The notes beneath the pieces were generated by a model. The model was not told the DNA's origin, did not search any database, and was given only the letters and a program-made list of their open reading frames with translations. Source: an uncultured Verrucomicrobiae bacterium (lineage in GTDB: Bacteria > Verrucomicrobiota > Verrucomicrobiia > Limisphaerales > Palsa-1400). From it: DNA of 64,000 nt. The position numbers and the translations under genes were made by a program. Shown here piece by piece: positions 47,222 through 57,012 of the stretch (positions are counted from its first letter, which is position 1; the number at the start of each line of letters is the position of its first letter). The stretch spans positions 4,928,001 through 4,992,000 of the forward strand of contig OY969763.1 in assembly GCA_963702845.1 (NCBI GenBank), given 5' to 3'.

Positions 47222-49537
47222 CTACGGGACAGAACAACGATAGAAGCGAGTTGGGAATATATTTGCGTTGGTGTCAGTGAACTGCCAGGCACCATTGGCC
47301 GGAGCGGCGTTGGTGAAAATGGGCTGCCAACCCACAGGTGGTGTCAGGCTGGTCGCAGCGAGAATAGTGCCGTTGGCGTTAGGCGCAGTTAACAAGTTCA
47401 TCGTCAGCGTGCCGTCGTTGTTTCTGCGCGGATTGGAGATCATTGTCAGAACGTTCGCCTGCGCAACCATCGAAGAAGCGTTTGTTCCCGCGGCGCTCAG
47501 AACCCCGCCAACATATAAGCGGCCAAAGTTGTCAGTGGCCAGAGAGATGATAATGGCATTGACGCCTGAGCCAAGTGCGGACCAGTTGGTCCCGTTCCAC
47601 CGGGCGATTCGATTGACCAGCAGTCCCGAAGCATTGGTGAACGCACTGCCAGCGTAAAGATTTTGCGCGGGATCGAGCGCCAGTGAGTAAACATAGTAAT
47701 CCAGACCATTCCCAAGCGATGACCAGTTCGTGCCGTCCCAAACAGCGACATAGTTCGCCGGGACGCCAGACATGCTGGTGAATTGTCCACCGGCGTATAA
47801 TCGGCCATCGCGTCCCATAGCCAGTGACCCAACATAAACGGTGCCCGCTGATGTGCCGGAGCCCAATGTGGACCAGGAGGACCCGTTCCATTTCGCAATT
47901 GAGTTCACAGGCAAGCCGCCCGCGGTGGTGAAACTGCCCCCCATGTAAACGTTGCCAGCATGGTCGAATGCAAACGCGTCGACATTGGCGTTTGCGCCGG
48001 TGATTCCGGACCCCAATGCTGACCAATTTGTGCCATTCCATTTGGCAACTCCGTTGGCAGACACGCCGCCGACGCTGGTAAAAAATCCACCAGCGTAAAG
48101 GTTACCCGCTCCGTCCGAGGCAAGACCAAAAACGGGTTCCGATCCTCCCGCGCCCGACCCAAGCGGAGACCAAGTGTTGCCGTTCCATTTTGCGATGCAA
48201 TTTGCAGCGGTGCCACTGATGGAACTGAATTGGCCTCCCGCATAAACATTCCCCGCCTTGTCGGTCGTCATGATGTTGATGTTTCCATTGCTGACACCCG
48301 AGCCCATAGCGGACCATGCCGTGCCGTCCCACTTGGCAACGTTGCTTACGATTAATCCTCCCACCGTGGTAAAGTCACCGCCTGCATACAAGTTTCCCGC
48401 AGGGTCGGTGGTGATCGAATAAACAAGCTGGTTTAATCCCTGCCCCAGAGCTGACCATGCGTTTCCGTTCCAGCGCGCGATGTTAAGCGCGGTATTGCCC
48501 CCCGCACCGGAAAAATTACCCCCGTAAAAAACGTTGCCAAAGCTGTCTGCCACGATGGTAAAAACGTTGGCTACACCAAGACCCGCACTTAACGCAGACC
48601 AATTCCCGTTATAAACCGCGGCGTGTGCCGCCGGCGAACCACCTGCGCTGGTAAACAATCCGCCGGCATAAAGGTTGCCGTTCGAGTCGAAAGCCAATGC
48701 GGCCACGGATCCGCCGATGCCCGAACCAACTTGAAACCACCCTGATCCGTCCCAATACGCGACGCGCAGAGCTGCGAAATTGTCCGCACTAGTAAATTGT
48801 CCGCCAGCGTAGAGATATCCGAATGAATCAAACACGAGCGCGGTGACGGTAGAATTCATTCCCGAACCGACGGTCGACCAAGAAGTGCCATTCCAAACAG
48901 CAACGCGGTTGGCGGCCAGCGTCCCAATATTCGTGAAACTGCCACCGGCAAATACGTTCCCGCTAGTATCTGCAGCAAGCGCGGCGACGCTTGAATTCAT
49001 CCCCGCGCCCACCGCGGACCACGTCGAACCGGTCCACTTAGCAATGTTGGTTGCGCCTATTGTCGTATTGGTGAAGGAACCTCCCGCATAGAGTATTCCC
49101 GATGAATCGACGGCCAGTGACAAAATGCCACCTTTTACCGCAAAACCAATTCCCGTCCAATTCGTGCCATCCCACTTCGCGACGTTTGTCGCGAGCAGAT
49201 TCACATTTGTGAAAGCTCCACCTGCGTAGAGATTGCCTGATGCATCTATCGCCAGGGCTCGAACCGTTCCGCCGAGTCCGGCACCAACGTTTGACCATCG
49301 CGTGCCGTCCCATTTGGCGACGCCCAGAGAAATCGCGGTTGCAAGTGCATTGAACATGCCAGCAGCGTAGGTGATACTGTTTTTCGAATCCTGAAGAGTT
49401 GCATAAACGGTACCGTCAGCGCCGGGCGGCACGCCAAGTGATACCCAACGGTTATCAGTAAAAGTTTCCCCGTGAATCGCTAACGCGGCAAAAATCAGGG
49501 TCCCAAACCCTGCAAATATTCCATAATTAGTCTTCAT
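47222..49537 (-). CDS. Secreted beta-propeller repeat protein
   Basis: About 14 repeats of LA.D..GNLYAGG.FT..GG....IAKW.G..WS.LG.G; signal peptide; ends TRFYRCSVP. Confidence 0.85.
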   Translation of the reverse strand: MKTNYGIFAGFGTLIFAALAIHGETFTDNRWVSLGVPPGADGTVYATLQDSKNSITYAAGMFNALATAISLGVAKWDGTRWSNVGAGLGGTVRALAIDASGNLYAGGAFTNVNLLATNVAKWDGTNWTGIGFAVKGGILSLAVDSSGILYAGGSFTNTTIGATNIAKWTGSTWSAVGAGMNSSVAALAADTSGNVFAGGSFTNIGTLAANRVAVWNGTSWSTVGSGMNSTVTALVFDSFGYLYAGGQFTSADNFAALRVAYWDGSGWFQVGSGIGGSVAALAFDSNGNLYAGGLFTSAGGSPAAHAAVYNGNWSALSAGLGVANVFTIVADSFGNVFYGGNFSGAGGNTALNIARWNGNAWSALGQGLNQLVYSITTDPAGNLYAGGDFTTVGGLIVSNVAKWDGTAWSAMGSGVSNGNINIMTTDKAGNVYAGGQFSSISGTAANCIAKWNGNTWSPLGSGAGGSEPVFGLASDGAGNLYAGGFFTSVGGVSANGVAKWNGTNWSALGSGITGANANVDAFAFDHAGNVYMGGSFTTAGGLPVNSIAKWNGSSWSTLGSGTSAGTVYVGSLAMGRDGRLYAGGQFTSMSGVPANYVAVWDGTNWSSLGNGLDYYVYSLALDPAQNLYAGSAFTNASGLLVNRIARWNGTNWSALGSGVNAIIISLATDNFGRLYVGGVLSAAGTNASSMVAQANVLTMISNPRRNNDGTLTMNLLTAPNANGTILAATSLTPPVGWQPIFTNAAPANGAWQFTDTNANIFPTRFYRCSVP

Positions 49538-49712
49538 AGAAGTTGCCCAACCGCTGCTCGGGGGATGCCCAATTCTGTAACCCCGTTTCGGGCTTGTCAA
49601 ACAAAGCCAACGCCAAAAATGCGCGGTTAGTCGTCGCGCCGAGGCATATTATTTCAAAACTCGAATCCGAAACCGGAACGTCCGGTTCGCATTAAAGCAC
49701 GAAACTTATGGA

Positions 49713-50828
49713 CTAAACACCTGTCCTGGCGGTCGCCGCTGCCGCTTGTGTGATAGCGCGCTTCGCCATAATGGCTTCGATGATCTTTTTGCCGAGATCA
49801 GGTTTTTCGACGAGTGCGAGGCGCGCGGCGTCTTTGCCTTGGCCAATCAGTTCGCCACCGAACTGGAGCCATGCGCCTTTCTTATCAACGGCGCCGGTGG
49901 CGATGCCCATGTCGATGATGCTGCCTTCTTTGTTGATGCCGTGGTTGTAAATGATTTCAAATTCGGCTTCGGCAAAGGGCGGCGCGACTTTGTTTTTCAC
50001 GATCTTCACTTTGACGCAGTTACCGATGGCGTTGCCGGCGGAGTCTTTCAAGGTGTCGCGACGGCGGATGTCGATGCGGACGCTGGCGTAAAATTTCAGC
50101 GCTTTACCGCCGGGGGTCGTTTCGGGATTGCCGAACATGACGCCGACTTTTTCGCGGAGTTGGTTGGTGAAAATGCAGGTCGTTTTGGACTTGTTCAGGA
50201 TGGCGGTGAGTTTGCGGAGCGCCTGGCTCATGAGGCGGGCTTGCATTCCCATGGTGGCCATGCCCATTTCGCCTTCGAGTTCGGCTTTCGGGACAAGCGC
50301 GGCGACGGAGTCGATGACGATGACGTCGAGGGCGTTGGAGCGCGCGAGCGTTTCGCAAATGGTCAGGGCTTCTTCACCGCTGTCCGGTTGCGAGACGAGC
50401 AGGTCGTCGAGATTGACGCCGAGTTTTTTGGCATAAGCGGGGTCGAGCGCGTGTTCGGCGTCGATGAAGGCTGCCAGACCGCCGGACTTTTGTGCGTTGG
50501 CGATGACGTGGAGCATCAAGGTCGTTTTACCGGAGGATTCAGGGCCGAAGATTTCAACGACGCGGCCGCGGGGCAAACCGCCGACACCGAGGGCGAGATC
50601 AACGGCGAGTGCGCCGGTGGGGATGACTTCGATGCCGACTTTGGAGCGGGCATCGCCGAGGCGCATGATGCTGCCTTCACCGTAGGCTTTGGTGATGGTG
50701 GAAATGGCGGCGTCGAGATCGCGTTGGCGCGCGGCAGAAATTTTGCCGTCATTCGCTTTTTCGACGGCTTTCGGGTCCGCTTTTGATTCAGGCGCAGGCG
50801 CAGCCGGTTTTTCAGTTTTTGGAGGCAT
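49713..50828 (-). CDS. recA: Recombinase RecA
   Basis: [61 protein letters not shown]. Confidence 0.99.
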   Translation of the reverse strand: MPPKTEKPAAPAPESKADPKAVEKANDGKISAARQRDLDAAISTITKAYGEGSIMRLGDARSKVGIEVIPTGALAVDLALGVGGLPRGRVVEIFGPESSGKTTLMLHVIANAQKSGGLAAFIDAEHALDPAYAKKLGVNLDDLLVSQPDSGEEALTICETLARSNALDVIVIDSVAALVPKAELEGEMGMATMGMQARLMSQALRKLTAILNKSKTTCIFTNQLREKVGVMFGNPETTPGGKALKFYASVRIDIRRRDTLKDSAGNAIGNCVKVKIVKNKVAPPFAEAEFEIIYNHGINKEGSIIDMGIATGAVDKKGAWLQFGGELIGQGKDAARLALVEKPDLGKKIIEAIMAKRAITQAAAATARTGV

Positions 50829-50925
50829 AAAAATCGAGTGTTAAAGTCCTAAATTGTTGAGTGAATTTGAGCCGATGCGTTGGTGTTAGTCAATGCGGTT
50901 CGGTAGAAACAAAAGGCGGCTACTA

Positions 50926-50980
50926 AACAATCTTTTATTTTACCGTTAGGAACCGTTAGGAAGTGATAGGAACCGATATC
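50926..50980 (-). repeat. 10-bp-period array x4 plus A/T tract (module M4)
   Basis: Plus strand aacaatcttttattt then taccgttagg/aaccgttagg/aagtgatagg/aaccgatatc. Confidence 0.8.
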
Positions 50981-50988
50981 CGCACCGC

Positions 50989-51050
50989 AAAATAAAGGAT
51001 TCCTTTTTTTAGGGTTAAAGAAGTTTAAAGAAGTTTTATAAAGTTTAATT
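50989..51050 (-). repeat. 10-bp-period array x4 plus A/T tract (module M5)
   Basis: Plus strand aaaataaaggattccttttttt then agggttaaag/aagtttaaag/aagttttata/aagtttaatt. Confidence 0.8.
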
Positions 51051-51157
51051 CCGGGTCCCCGGGATGCTGGTTCCAAGCTGCAGAATTCGGGATCGAAGTT
51101 TGATAACCTCCGAAGACGTGAAACCGTCAGCGCGGGACCAAACGAATGGAACGCGCG

Positions 51158-51229
51158 AAAAAAAGGATTCTTTTTTTGGTGTCCAGAGGTGTCCAGAACT
51201 GTCCGCAGGTGTCCGGAGGTGTCCGTCGG
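51158..51229 (-). repeat. 10-bp-period array x5 plus A/T tract (module M6)
   Basis: Plus strand aaaaaaaggattctttttttgg then tgtccagagg/tgtccagaac/tgtccgcagg/tgtccggagg/tgtccgtcgg. Confidence 0.88.
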
Positions 51230-51322
51230 AGGATTTTCAAACGTGCAACTCATCCGAACACGCGGTTTTTGTCGCGTATCAATTTTATGATTTTCAATTT
51301 TCATGAGGTGAGCTTAGCAAGG

Positions 51323-51349
51323 TCACTTGGACAAAGGCTGTCCAAGTGA
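51323..51349. promoter_or_regulatory. Perfect 11-bp inverted repeat, candidate operator
   Basis: tcacttggaca-aaggc-tgtccaagtga, next to a minus-strand TG-n-TAAGCT -10-like box at 51311-51319. Confidence 0.55.
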
Positions 51350-51559
51350 AAATATTTGTGATTTTTTTGTTAGTAGTTGGTGGGGAGAGGGATTCGTTGC
51401 AAAAATGGGAATTTTGGGAAGGATGGGAAGTAGGAAAAGCGCAGATTTCGGAGATGGAAAATGGAAAACCTGCGCGGGGGAGTGACTGCGGGTGTCAACT
51501 TAACCGAACGGGCTTGTTCGTGTATTAAAATAATGCGAACCTCTGTCGTGTAATAATTA

Positions 51560-51581
51560 GCCAATATCTGAAATGTTAGGC
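51560..51581 (+). mobile_element. Candidate integron attI-like core site
   Basis: GTTAGGC (GTTRRRY) at 51575-51581 after an AT-rich stretch, 3 bp before the first cassette-like ORF. Confidence 0.5.
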
Positions 51582-51584
51582 AAA

Positions 51585-52499
51585 ATGCGCGAGTTACTCA
51601 CTACGTTGCTATTATTTTTGGGCATATGCCTCAGTTGTTTCAGCAACGGGCATCGGATGACGCCCGACATCACTGTCGAGAATAACACAACGAATCGTCT
51701 GGATTGGATGCACATCCAGTGGGGCAATGACGAAGTGCAAGTGGGCAGCATACCACCCGGCAACGCTGCGATCTTTATCCGTTACAGTCTTCGAACGGCT
51801 GCGAATACGAACCTGGCGGTGATCAGCTTTATCCATGAAGACACACCGGGGTTGAGTTGGAACTCTGGTCGGAACGCTGAGGTGCGAGCGCGACGCGCGC
51901 GTTCGTGGACACACATCCCGGTTGACGTCAGTCCTGTGCTCCAGCTGCATCAGGAGCGTTACCACCTTACGTTTCGGATTCTAAGCGTCACAAACGCAGT
52001 TGTTCTGGTGGAAAAAAACGAGTCCAAATCGCTTGGCGAGGTTTCGTTCGAGATGACAACAGAACTCCGCGACAAGGTCATTGCCAACCCACGAGACGAC
52101 GCCAGCCTTCGTGAACTGGTGAGTCTGCTCGACGACAACGCCGCCATCAACAGAGCCAATGCGGCGGGATGCCTGCGTCAACTTGGGGAAAATAGACTGA
52201 CGAGAGGACGAGTTGCGCCGATTGTCGTTCCGGCGCTAGCTCGGCGAATCGACTATGTGGGTCGCGAAGCACTGATTGCTCTGGCCGCTTACGGATCGCT
52301 TGCGTTACCCGCGGTGCCTCAGTTGATCCGAGCAGTCGAGCAATATGCAACGCAAGATAAAGGGTGGTTTGCAGCAGAAGCATTGGGTAACATCGGCCCT
52401 GCTGCGAAGGACGCAATTCCGGCGCTAACTGCTGCTAGAGACAAGGAGTGGATCGGCGAATACGCAGCGGAAGCATTGCGGAAAATCAATGGCCGTTAA
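51585..52499 (+). CDS. Secreted HEAT-repeat protein (gene-cassette-like)
   Basis: Signal peptide; HEAT/PBS-like AAEALGNIGPAAKDAIPAL..AAEALRKI; stop overlaps an attC-like left arm. Confidence 0.7.
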   Translation: MRELLTTLLLFLGICLSCFSNGHRMTPDITVENNTTNRLDWMHIQWGNDEVQVGSIPPGNAAIFIRYSLRTAANTNLAVISFIHEDTPGLSWNSGRNAEVRARRARSWTHIPVDVSPVLQLHQERYHLTFRILSVTNAVVLVEKNESKSLGEVSFEMTTELRDKVIANPRDDASLRELVSLLDDNAAINRANAAGCLRQLGENRLTRGRVAPIVVPALARRIDYVGREALIALAAYGSLALPAVPQLIRAVEQYATQDKGWFAAEALGNIGPAAKDAIPALTAARDKEWIGEYAAEALRKINGR

Positions 52500-52589
52500 C
52501 CAGTCAATGCAGTGCAACATGGCCTAACCACTGAAATTGCGCGATGTACTCCTTCCGCCTGTCAACTGATGCCAAAAAATCGCTGTAAC
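52494..52589 (+). mobile_element. Decayed attC-like site
   Basis: Left arm (g)ttaac-cagtcaatgcagtgcaac; right part gtcaactgatg..gctgtaac lacks a clean GTTRRRY. Confidence 0.4.
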
Positions 52590-53030
52590 ATGTCGCGCAT
52601 TGCTATTTTTCTCACAACCCTTGCGGTTGTTGGTTGCACGCCGAAATGGGAGAAGACAAAACGCCCAGACATCACCGGCTCGAACGCGTTTGCATCGGTA
52701 GTTAGTTTTGCGGCGACGAACGGTTGGAACAGCTATTCAGAAACGAACAAATTCATTTTTTGGGCGGAAGAAGAGCCGGCCCACTACATATCCGGCCTTC
52801 CGTGGAAACAATTGAATAAGCAGTCTTTTCCGGCGCTCACGAGTGGAGGCATTCTCTACGTGTTGCAAGGTGACCTATTTCACCACGACTATTATGGTGT
52901 GGCATACAATCCGAATACGAACCGTTTTCCAGAGTGGATTCGTCGCTTTAAACCTATCGGAGACCATTGGTATGTATGGGCGCAGCCGGAGTTTTGGGCT
53001 ACGGCGACAACTCAGGGACGGTATGAATAG
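52590..53030 (+). CDS. Hypothetical lipoprotein (gene-cassette-like)
   Basis: Lipobox LAVVGC after short signal; lies between attC-like sites. Confidence 0.7.
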   Translation: MSRIAIFLTTLAVVGCTPKWEKTKRPDITGSNAFASVVSFAATNGWNSYSETNKFIFWAEEEPAHYISGLPWKQLNKQSFPALTSGGILYVLQGDLFHHDYYGVAYNPNTNRFPEWIRRFKPIGDHWYVWAQPEFWATATTQGRYE

Positions 53031-53036
53031 CATCGC

Positions 53037-53133
53037 ACCTAACAAGTCGTCGGAGCCAACCTTCGGCAGGCACTGGAGTTGGGCTTCATGGCCGGCAGGG
53101 TTCGGGCGCGTGGTCAGCCTCTTCGCGTTAATT
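53037..53133 (+). mobile_element. attC site
   Basis: R'' ACCTAAC (RYYYAAC) 6 bp after a stop, L'' cggagcca, GC-rich centre, L' tggtcag, R' GTTAATT 2 bp before the next ATG; 97 bp. Confidence 0.7.
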
Positions 53134-53135
53134 TT

Positions 53136-53561
53136 ATGAAACGCTTTGCCACCATTTTAGGGCTGTTGCTTGCTCTGGCCGGGTGCGCGACACATCGCAC
53201 AAGCTCAGTTGCAACCGTTCGCCGTGATGCTCAGAATCGGTATGAGATCGAACTTCATGGTGTCGAGTGGTCGGCAGGCGGTCCGTGCAATTTCCCACAA
53301 ATGCCTCACAGAACGTCAATGTCACACTGGATTTACACGCCGACTCTTTCGGGCGTGGTACCTGCCGACCGGGTGATTCTGACGTATGAACGTGCCCAGA
53401 CTCAATTTCCGCAAACTGATTTGCGGGGTTCAATTCAGTTCATGTCCAATAATCTGCGCGTCAGCCTTAAGTGCCCTTGCTACCGGGACGACGGCAAAAT
53501 CGACCATTATACAGCGTACGAGTTCAATGGAACCTACAGCTTGGTTGAGCTGAATCGGTGA
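53136..53561 (+). CDS. Hypothetical lipoprotein (gene-cassette-like)
   Basis: MKRFATILGLLLALAGC lipobox; starts immediately after attC R'. Confidence 0.75.
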   Translation: MKRFATILGLLLALAGCATHRTSSVATVRRDAQNRYEIELHGVEWSAGGPCNFPQMPHRTSMSHWIYTPTLSGVVPADRVILTYERAQTQFPQTDLRGSIQFMSNNLRVSLKCPCYRDDGKIDHYTAYEFNGTYSLVELNR

Positions 53562-53566
53562 GTGTG

Positions 53567-53758
53567 ATGAAGCGTTTTTGGTTATACAACGGACTTGTTT
53601 CCGCTTCGCTTTTTGTTGTTTGGTTCTGTCTCAACGCGACCCATGTGGACATGGAGCCAGACGTTGCATACGCGCTGTTCGGGATATTTTTTCTGGGGTT
53701 TTACGTTTCTCGCGGTTTTCGCAACACACTTTCGTTATCGCGATATTTTCCGCGATAG
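53567..53758 (+). CDS. Small hydrophobic ORF, possible cassette remnant
   Basis: Two TM-like segments; begins just after the previous stop. Confidence 0.35.
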   Translation: MKRFWLYNGLVSASLFVVWFCLNATHVDMEPDVAYALFGIFFLGFYVSRGFRNTLSLSRYFPR

Positions 53759-53920
53759 GATGGAGACGTCGTGAGTATCGCCGTTTGCATATGCATCTTG
53801 CGTCGAATTTTTCGCGGCTATTGATGGCGTCAAGTGCGCTGCAGACGGTGGGACGACGCCGGAGAAACTATATTGACGCGACCGCCGCGCCGCCCCCCGA
53901 TTCAAAAATCTGTGCTGTTA

Positions 53921-54102
53921 CCCAGGGTAGCGCCCTGCTGCCACCGCAACCCTGGGCTGAATGCTGCAACTCCTTCGGAGTTGTGTTTGTCGGTGAAAGG
54001 TTTTCTTTGAGGACGAGCGCGGTTGCACAAGCGCCGCGTGAGGGCACGCGGCCTACATTGCGGCAGACGGTTTTGAGGACGAGGCAGCGCCTCGTTCCTA
54101 CC
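53921..54102. repeat. Cluster of three different REP-like hairpin families
   Basis: cccagggt..accctggg + caactcc-ttc-ggagttg (53921-53983); gccgcgtg-aggg-cacgcggc-ctac (54033-54056); ggacgaggc-agc-gcctcgttc-ctacc (54077-54102). Confidence 0.75.
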
Positions 54103-54105
54103 ATT

Positions 54106-55089
54106 TTACTGGTTCGGGCGTTGGTCTAATTTTGCGACTTCCAGGGAAAGTGGGGCGCGAGTCCATTGGTTGAGGATGTTTCCTTTGGCATCGAGGAATT
54201 TGCCGTGCATTTCTGTTGGCGATAATTCGATGCTGAGGAATCCCAATGTCGACCGGTAGAATGGGCCGTAGTCTTTGTATTTTTGAGGGCGTAATTTGCC
54301 GGCGGCGCCGCTGATCAGGAACTGGGTTTGCGTGCCGGCGGGTTCGTTTCGCTGCAGGTCATGATCGTGGCCGGTGATGTAGGCATCGACCTTGTATTGG
54401 TTGAAGAGGGGCAAGAGTTGCTTGCGCATCTTGAGGATGTTGGCGTCGTGACCGTGGCCGCCGTTGGAAAAGATGGGGTGATGCGCGACGACGAATTTCC
54501 AACGAGCGGTCGAAGCGCTGAGTTGTTCGCGCAACCACGCGAGCTGTTTTTCGCCCATTTTCTTGTCGCTGTATTTCTCGATATGTGAATCGCCATCCCA
54601 CAATGCGCTGTCGATCAGGAAGAAGTCCGCTTGCACATCGTCGATGGAGAAACTGCGCTTATACCAATGGCCATCCATCTGCCACCGGCTTTTGGGATTG
54701 GCCTTCGAGTAAGCGATTTCCACGTCCGGAGAGTCCGTTTTCCAATCGTGATTTCCCAGAACGGCGAGGAAGGGCACGGGCAACGCCTTCGACTCGTACA
54801 TGCTTTCGAATTTTGTGTTCCATTGCGGGTCGCGAACGCTGGTGACGCCCTCGGGATAAAAATTGTCGCCGAGGACCAGCACGAAATTCAGTGGCGAACT
54901 GGCGTGGGTTTGCTGCGCGTATTTGCCCATCGCGTCTGCGACAGTCGTTTGCATGACCGTTCCGCTACCGGCATCGCCGATGGCAAGGAAATGGAGGTTC
55001 GCAGCATGCACAGCGCCCTGGAGCAGCAGTACCGAGCTGAGGGATAAGAATGACTTTGAGGCGGCTCTAATTATCTGGATGTGCTTCAT
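54106..55089 (-). CDS. Secreted purple/tartrate-resistant acid phosphatase-like metallophosphoesterase
   Basis: GDAG, GDNFY, GNHD, AHHP, GHDH motifs; signal peptide. Confidence 0.92.
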   Translation of the reverse strand: MKHIQIIRAASKSFLSLSSVLLLQGAVHAANLHFLAIGDAGSGTVMQTTVADAMGKYAQQTHASSPLNFVLVLGDNFYPEGVTSVRDPQWNTKFESMYESKALPVPFLAVLGNHDWKTDSPDVEIAYSKANPKSRWQMDGHWYKRSFSIDDVQADFFLIDSALWDGDSHIEKYSDKKMGEKQLAWLREQLSASTARWKFVVAHHPIFSNGGHGHDANILKMRKQLLPLFNQYKVDAYITGHDHDLQRNEPAGTQTQFLISGAAGKLRPQKYKDYGPFYRSTLGFLSIELSPTEMHGKFLDAKGNILNQWTRAPLSLEVAKLDQRPNQ

Positions 55090-55380
55090 CTGGCTTCAAT
55101 GTATTGCGGTGATTCGACGTTGGGCGATGGAGTGTTATTGCAGAAAAATGCAATGGTGGCTTTTCTGTTCATTTCAAACACTACGGCTCAGCACCGCGCG
55201 CCATGCCAAGAACGATGGTGTCATAAATTGACGTGTGTCAGATAGCTTCATTTCAAGCTTTAGCAGATGTTCAATGCAAGGGTCGCTGTTGAAGGAGGTT
55301 GTTCCCTCCATTGAAAATGAACCATGCTATGGTTTGACTCCTTCCGCTTGGCGCTGTGATTTACAAAGGATTGCTGGTTT

Positions 55381-55941
55381 TTAATAAATGAATGGGATGA
55401 GGCGTTTGGTGCGCTGGGCGTAGTTGGCGTATTGCGGTTTTAGGGCTTCGAGGAGGGCGGATTCTTCGATGTGGATGCGCCAGAGCATGACGGCGACGCA
55501 GGGCACGACGAGGATGAAAAAGGATGCCCAGTTGTGAAAGGTGAATGCGAAGGCGATGACGGTGAGGAGGCTGCCGGTGTAGCTCGGGTGACGGATGAAA
55601 CGGTAGGGGCCGGAGTCGATCACGCGATGGCCGGGGTGGATGGCAACGTTGACGGTGAAAAAGCGGCCGAGATAGAAAATCGAATACCAGCGCAGAACGA
55701 TCCCGAAAACGAACAGGGTACAGACGGTCGCAGTAACGATGGTTGATCGCGGGAAATGACAGGCTGGAATTTTGTCGGCGGCAATGAAGGCGAGGACGAC
55801 GGCGCTCAGATTGACCATCCAGATAAGACGCAAGGACCGACGGTCTTTGACGGTGGCGTCGGCGCGGGCGCGTTTTACAAAATTAAGGGCGAGTTCGGAA
55901 AAACCCCAAAACAGGCCGAGTAGTTGAGGAGGATAATTCAC
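55381..55941 (-). CDS. Isoprenylcysteine carboxyl methyltransferase family protein
   Basis: LGRFFT..HRVIDSGPYRFIRHPSYTG..RIHIEE..LIPFIY. Confidence 0.9.
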   Translation of the reverse strand: MNYPPQLLGLFWGFSELALNFVKRARADATVKDRRSLRLIWMVNLSAVVLAFIAADKIPACHFPRSTIVTATVCTLFVFGIVLRWYSIFYLGRFFTVNVAIHPGHRVIDSGPYRFIRHPSYTGSLLTVIAFAFTFHNWASFFILVVPCVAVMLWRIHIEESALLEALKPQYANYAQRTKRLIPFIY

Positions 55942-56136
55942 TGGATGGAGCAGCCTAAGAATAGAGCGTTAACACAGTCAACAGCAGACTAAGGTTGTTT
56001 GTGAAAGCCATCGGGAACGTCATAACACGATGCTGCAGTCACACCCGGGGGTAATTGAACGCCGTTGGTAGTCGCCGAAAAAGAAGGTCGCACCTTTCGG
56101 TTTTGACGTTTTGAGAGGGGTTGTCAATGCTGGGTC

Positions 56137-57012
56137 GTGCAACGGAACCAACCCAACAAAACCGGTGTGAGAGTATTCGTTTGGTTCTTCATCGTGCTTG
56201 GAGTGGTAATCATTGGTGCCGGCATAAATTTGGCGTTTCAAAGTATTCGCTGCAAAGATTGGCCGACGACTCAGGGAATTATTCGCACGGCGGAGATGGG
56301 GCGGCATCGGGGTAATAAAGGTGGCACTACTTATTCGGCGAATGTTTCTTATGATTATTCCGTCGGTGGCTCGCGTTATACCGGAAAAAAGGTGGCATTC
56401 GGTATGATGTCGGCCTCGTCCAGCTATGCTCGAGGTATTCTAGAACGATATCCGATTGGCGCGAAGGTGCCGGTGTATTATTCGCCCGACAATCCGGAAA
56501 CGGCGGTGTTGGAAACAGGGGTTCACGGAGGCACCTGGATTTGTTTTGGAGTGGGGAGTGTATTCGTGTTGGTTGGAGTCATGTTTCTTCAATTGATGAA
56601 GCCGCAATCGGACGCAAACCAAACAGCGCCTGCGCCTGGAAGAACGGATGGCACGCGGATCAGGGCACCACAGATATTGATGGCGGTCATCATATTTTTA
56701 TTCGGAGCATTTCCCATCATCGGAGCGCAAACGAATCCTAGTAACCCGATTGTCATGTATTCGTTCGGCGGGGTGTTCTGCGTTGTTGGTTTGTACGTCC
56801 TGACATACCGGCCGGGGCAAGTTCGCGTGCAGCGATTTTTTTCGGTCGCAATCTCGGTAGTGATGCTGGGAGTCTTTACTTGGCTCACGTACGGCTCAGG
56901 AGAGGTGGATCTGTTTTCTCGGGTTATTGTCGGCGTGTTAGATTTCATTTTTCTGGCGGTCGCGGCGAGATGGTTGTTCAAACGCATGAAGGTGAGAGCG
57001 CGTGGTTTATGA
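56137..57012 (+). CDS. DUF3592-domain membrane protein
   Basis: TM then WPTTQGII..YDYSVGG.RY..YPIGAKVPVYYSPDNPETAVL, followed by further TMs. Confidence 0.75.
   Translation: MQRNQPNKTGVRVFVWFFIVLGVVIIGAGINLAFQSIRCKDWPTTQGIIRTAEMGRHRGNKGGTTYSANVSYDYSVGGSRYTGKKVAFGMMSASSSYARGILERYPIGAKVPVYYSPDNPETAVLETGVHGGTWICFGVGSVFVLVGVMFLQLMKPQSDANQTAPAPGRTDGTRIRAPQILMAVIIFLFGAFPIIGAQTNPSNPIVMYSFGGVFCVVGLYVLTYRPGQVRVQRFFSVAISVVMLGVFTWLTYGSGEVDLFSRVIVGVLDFIFLAVAARWLFKRMKVRARGL

Noticed and set aside
50897..50910. Verrucomicrobial LexA box (TGTTC-N4-GAACA) upstream of recA
   Set aside because: Best match ggttc-ggta-gaaac has three mismatches; cgaac-N6-gttcg at 51505-51520 has the wrong spacing for the Gram-positive box.
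51350..51560. intI remnant
   Set aside because: No tyrosine-recombinase motif (e.g. H-x-x-R) is visible in the short ORFs here.
56019..56071. Additional attC site before the DUF3592 gene
   Set aside because: The left arm cataac..gctgcag is suggestive, but the right end (gttggta) is not complementary and no ORF stop lies directly upstream.
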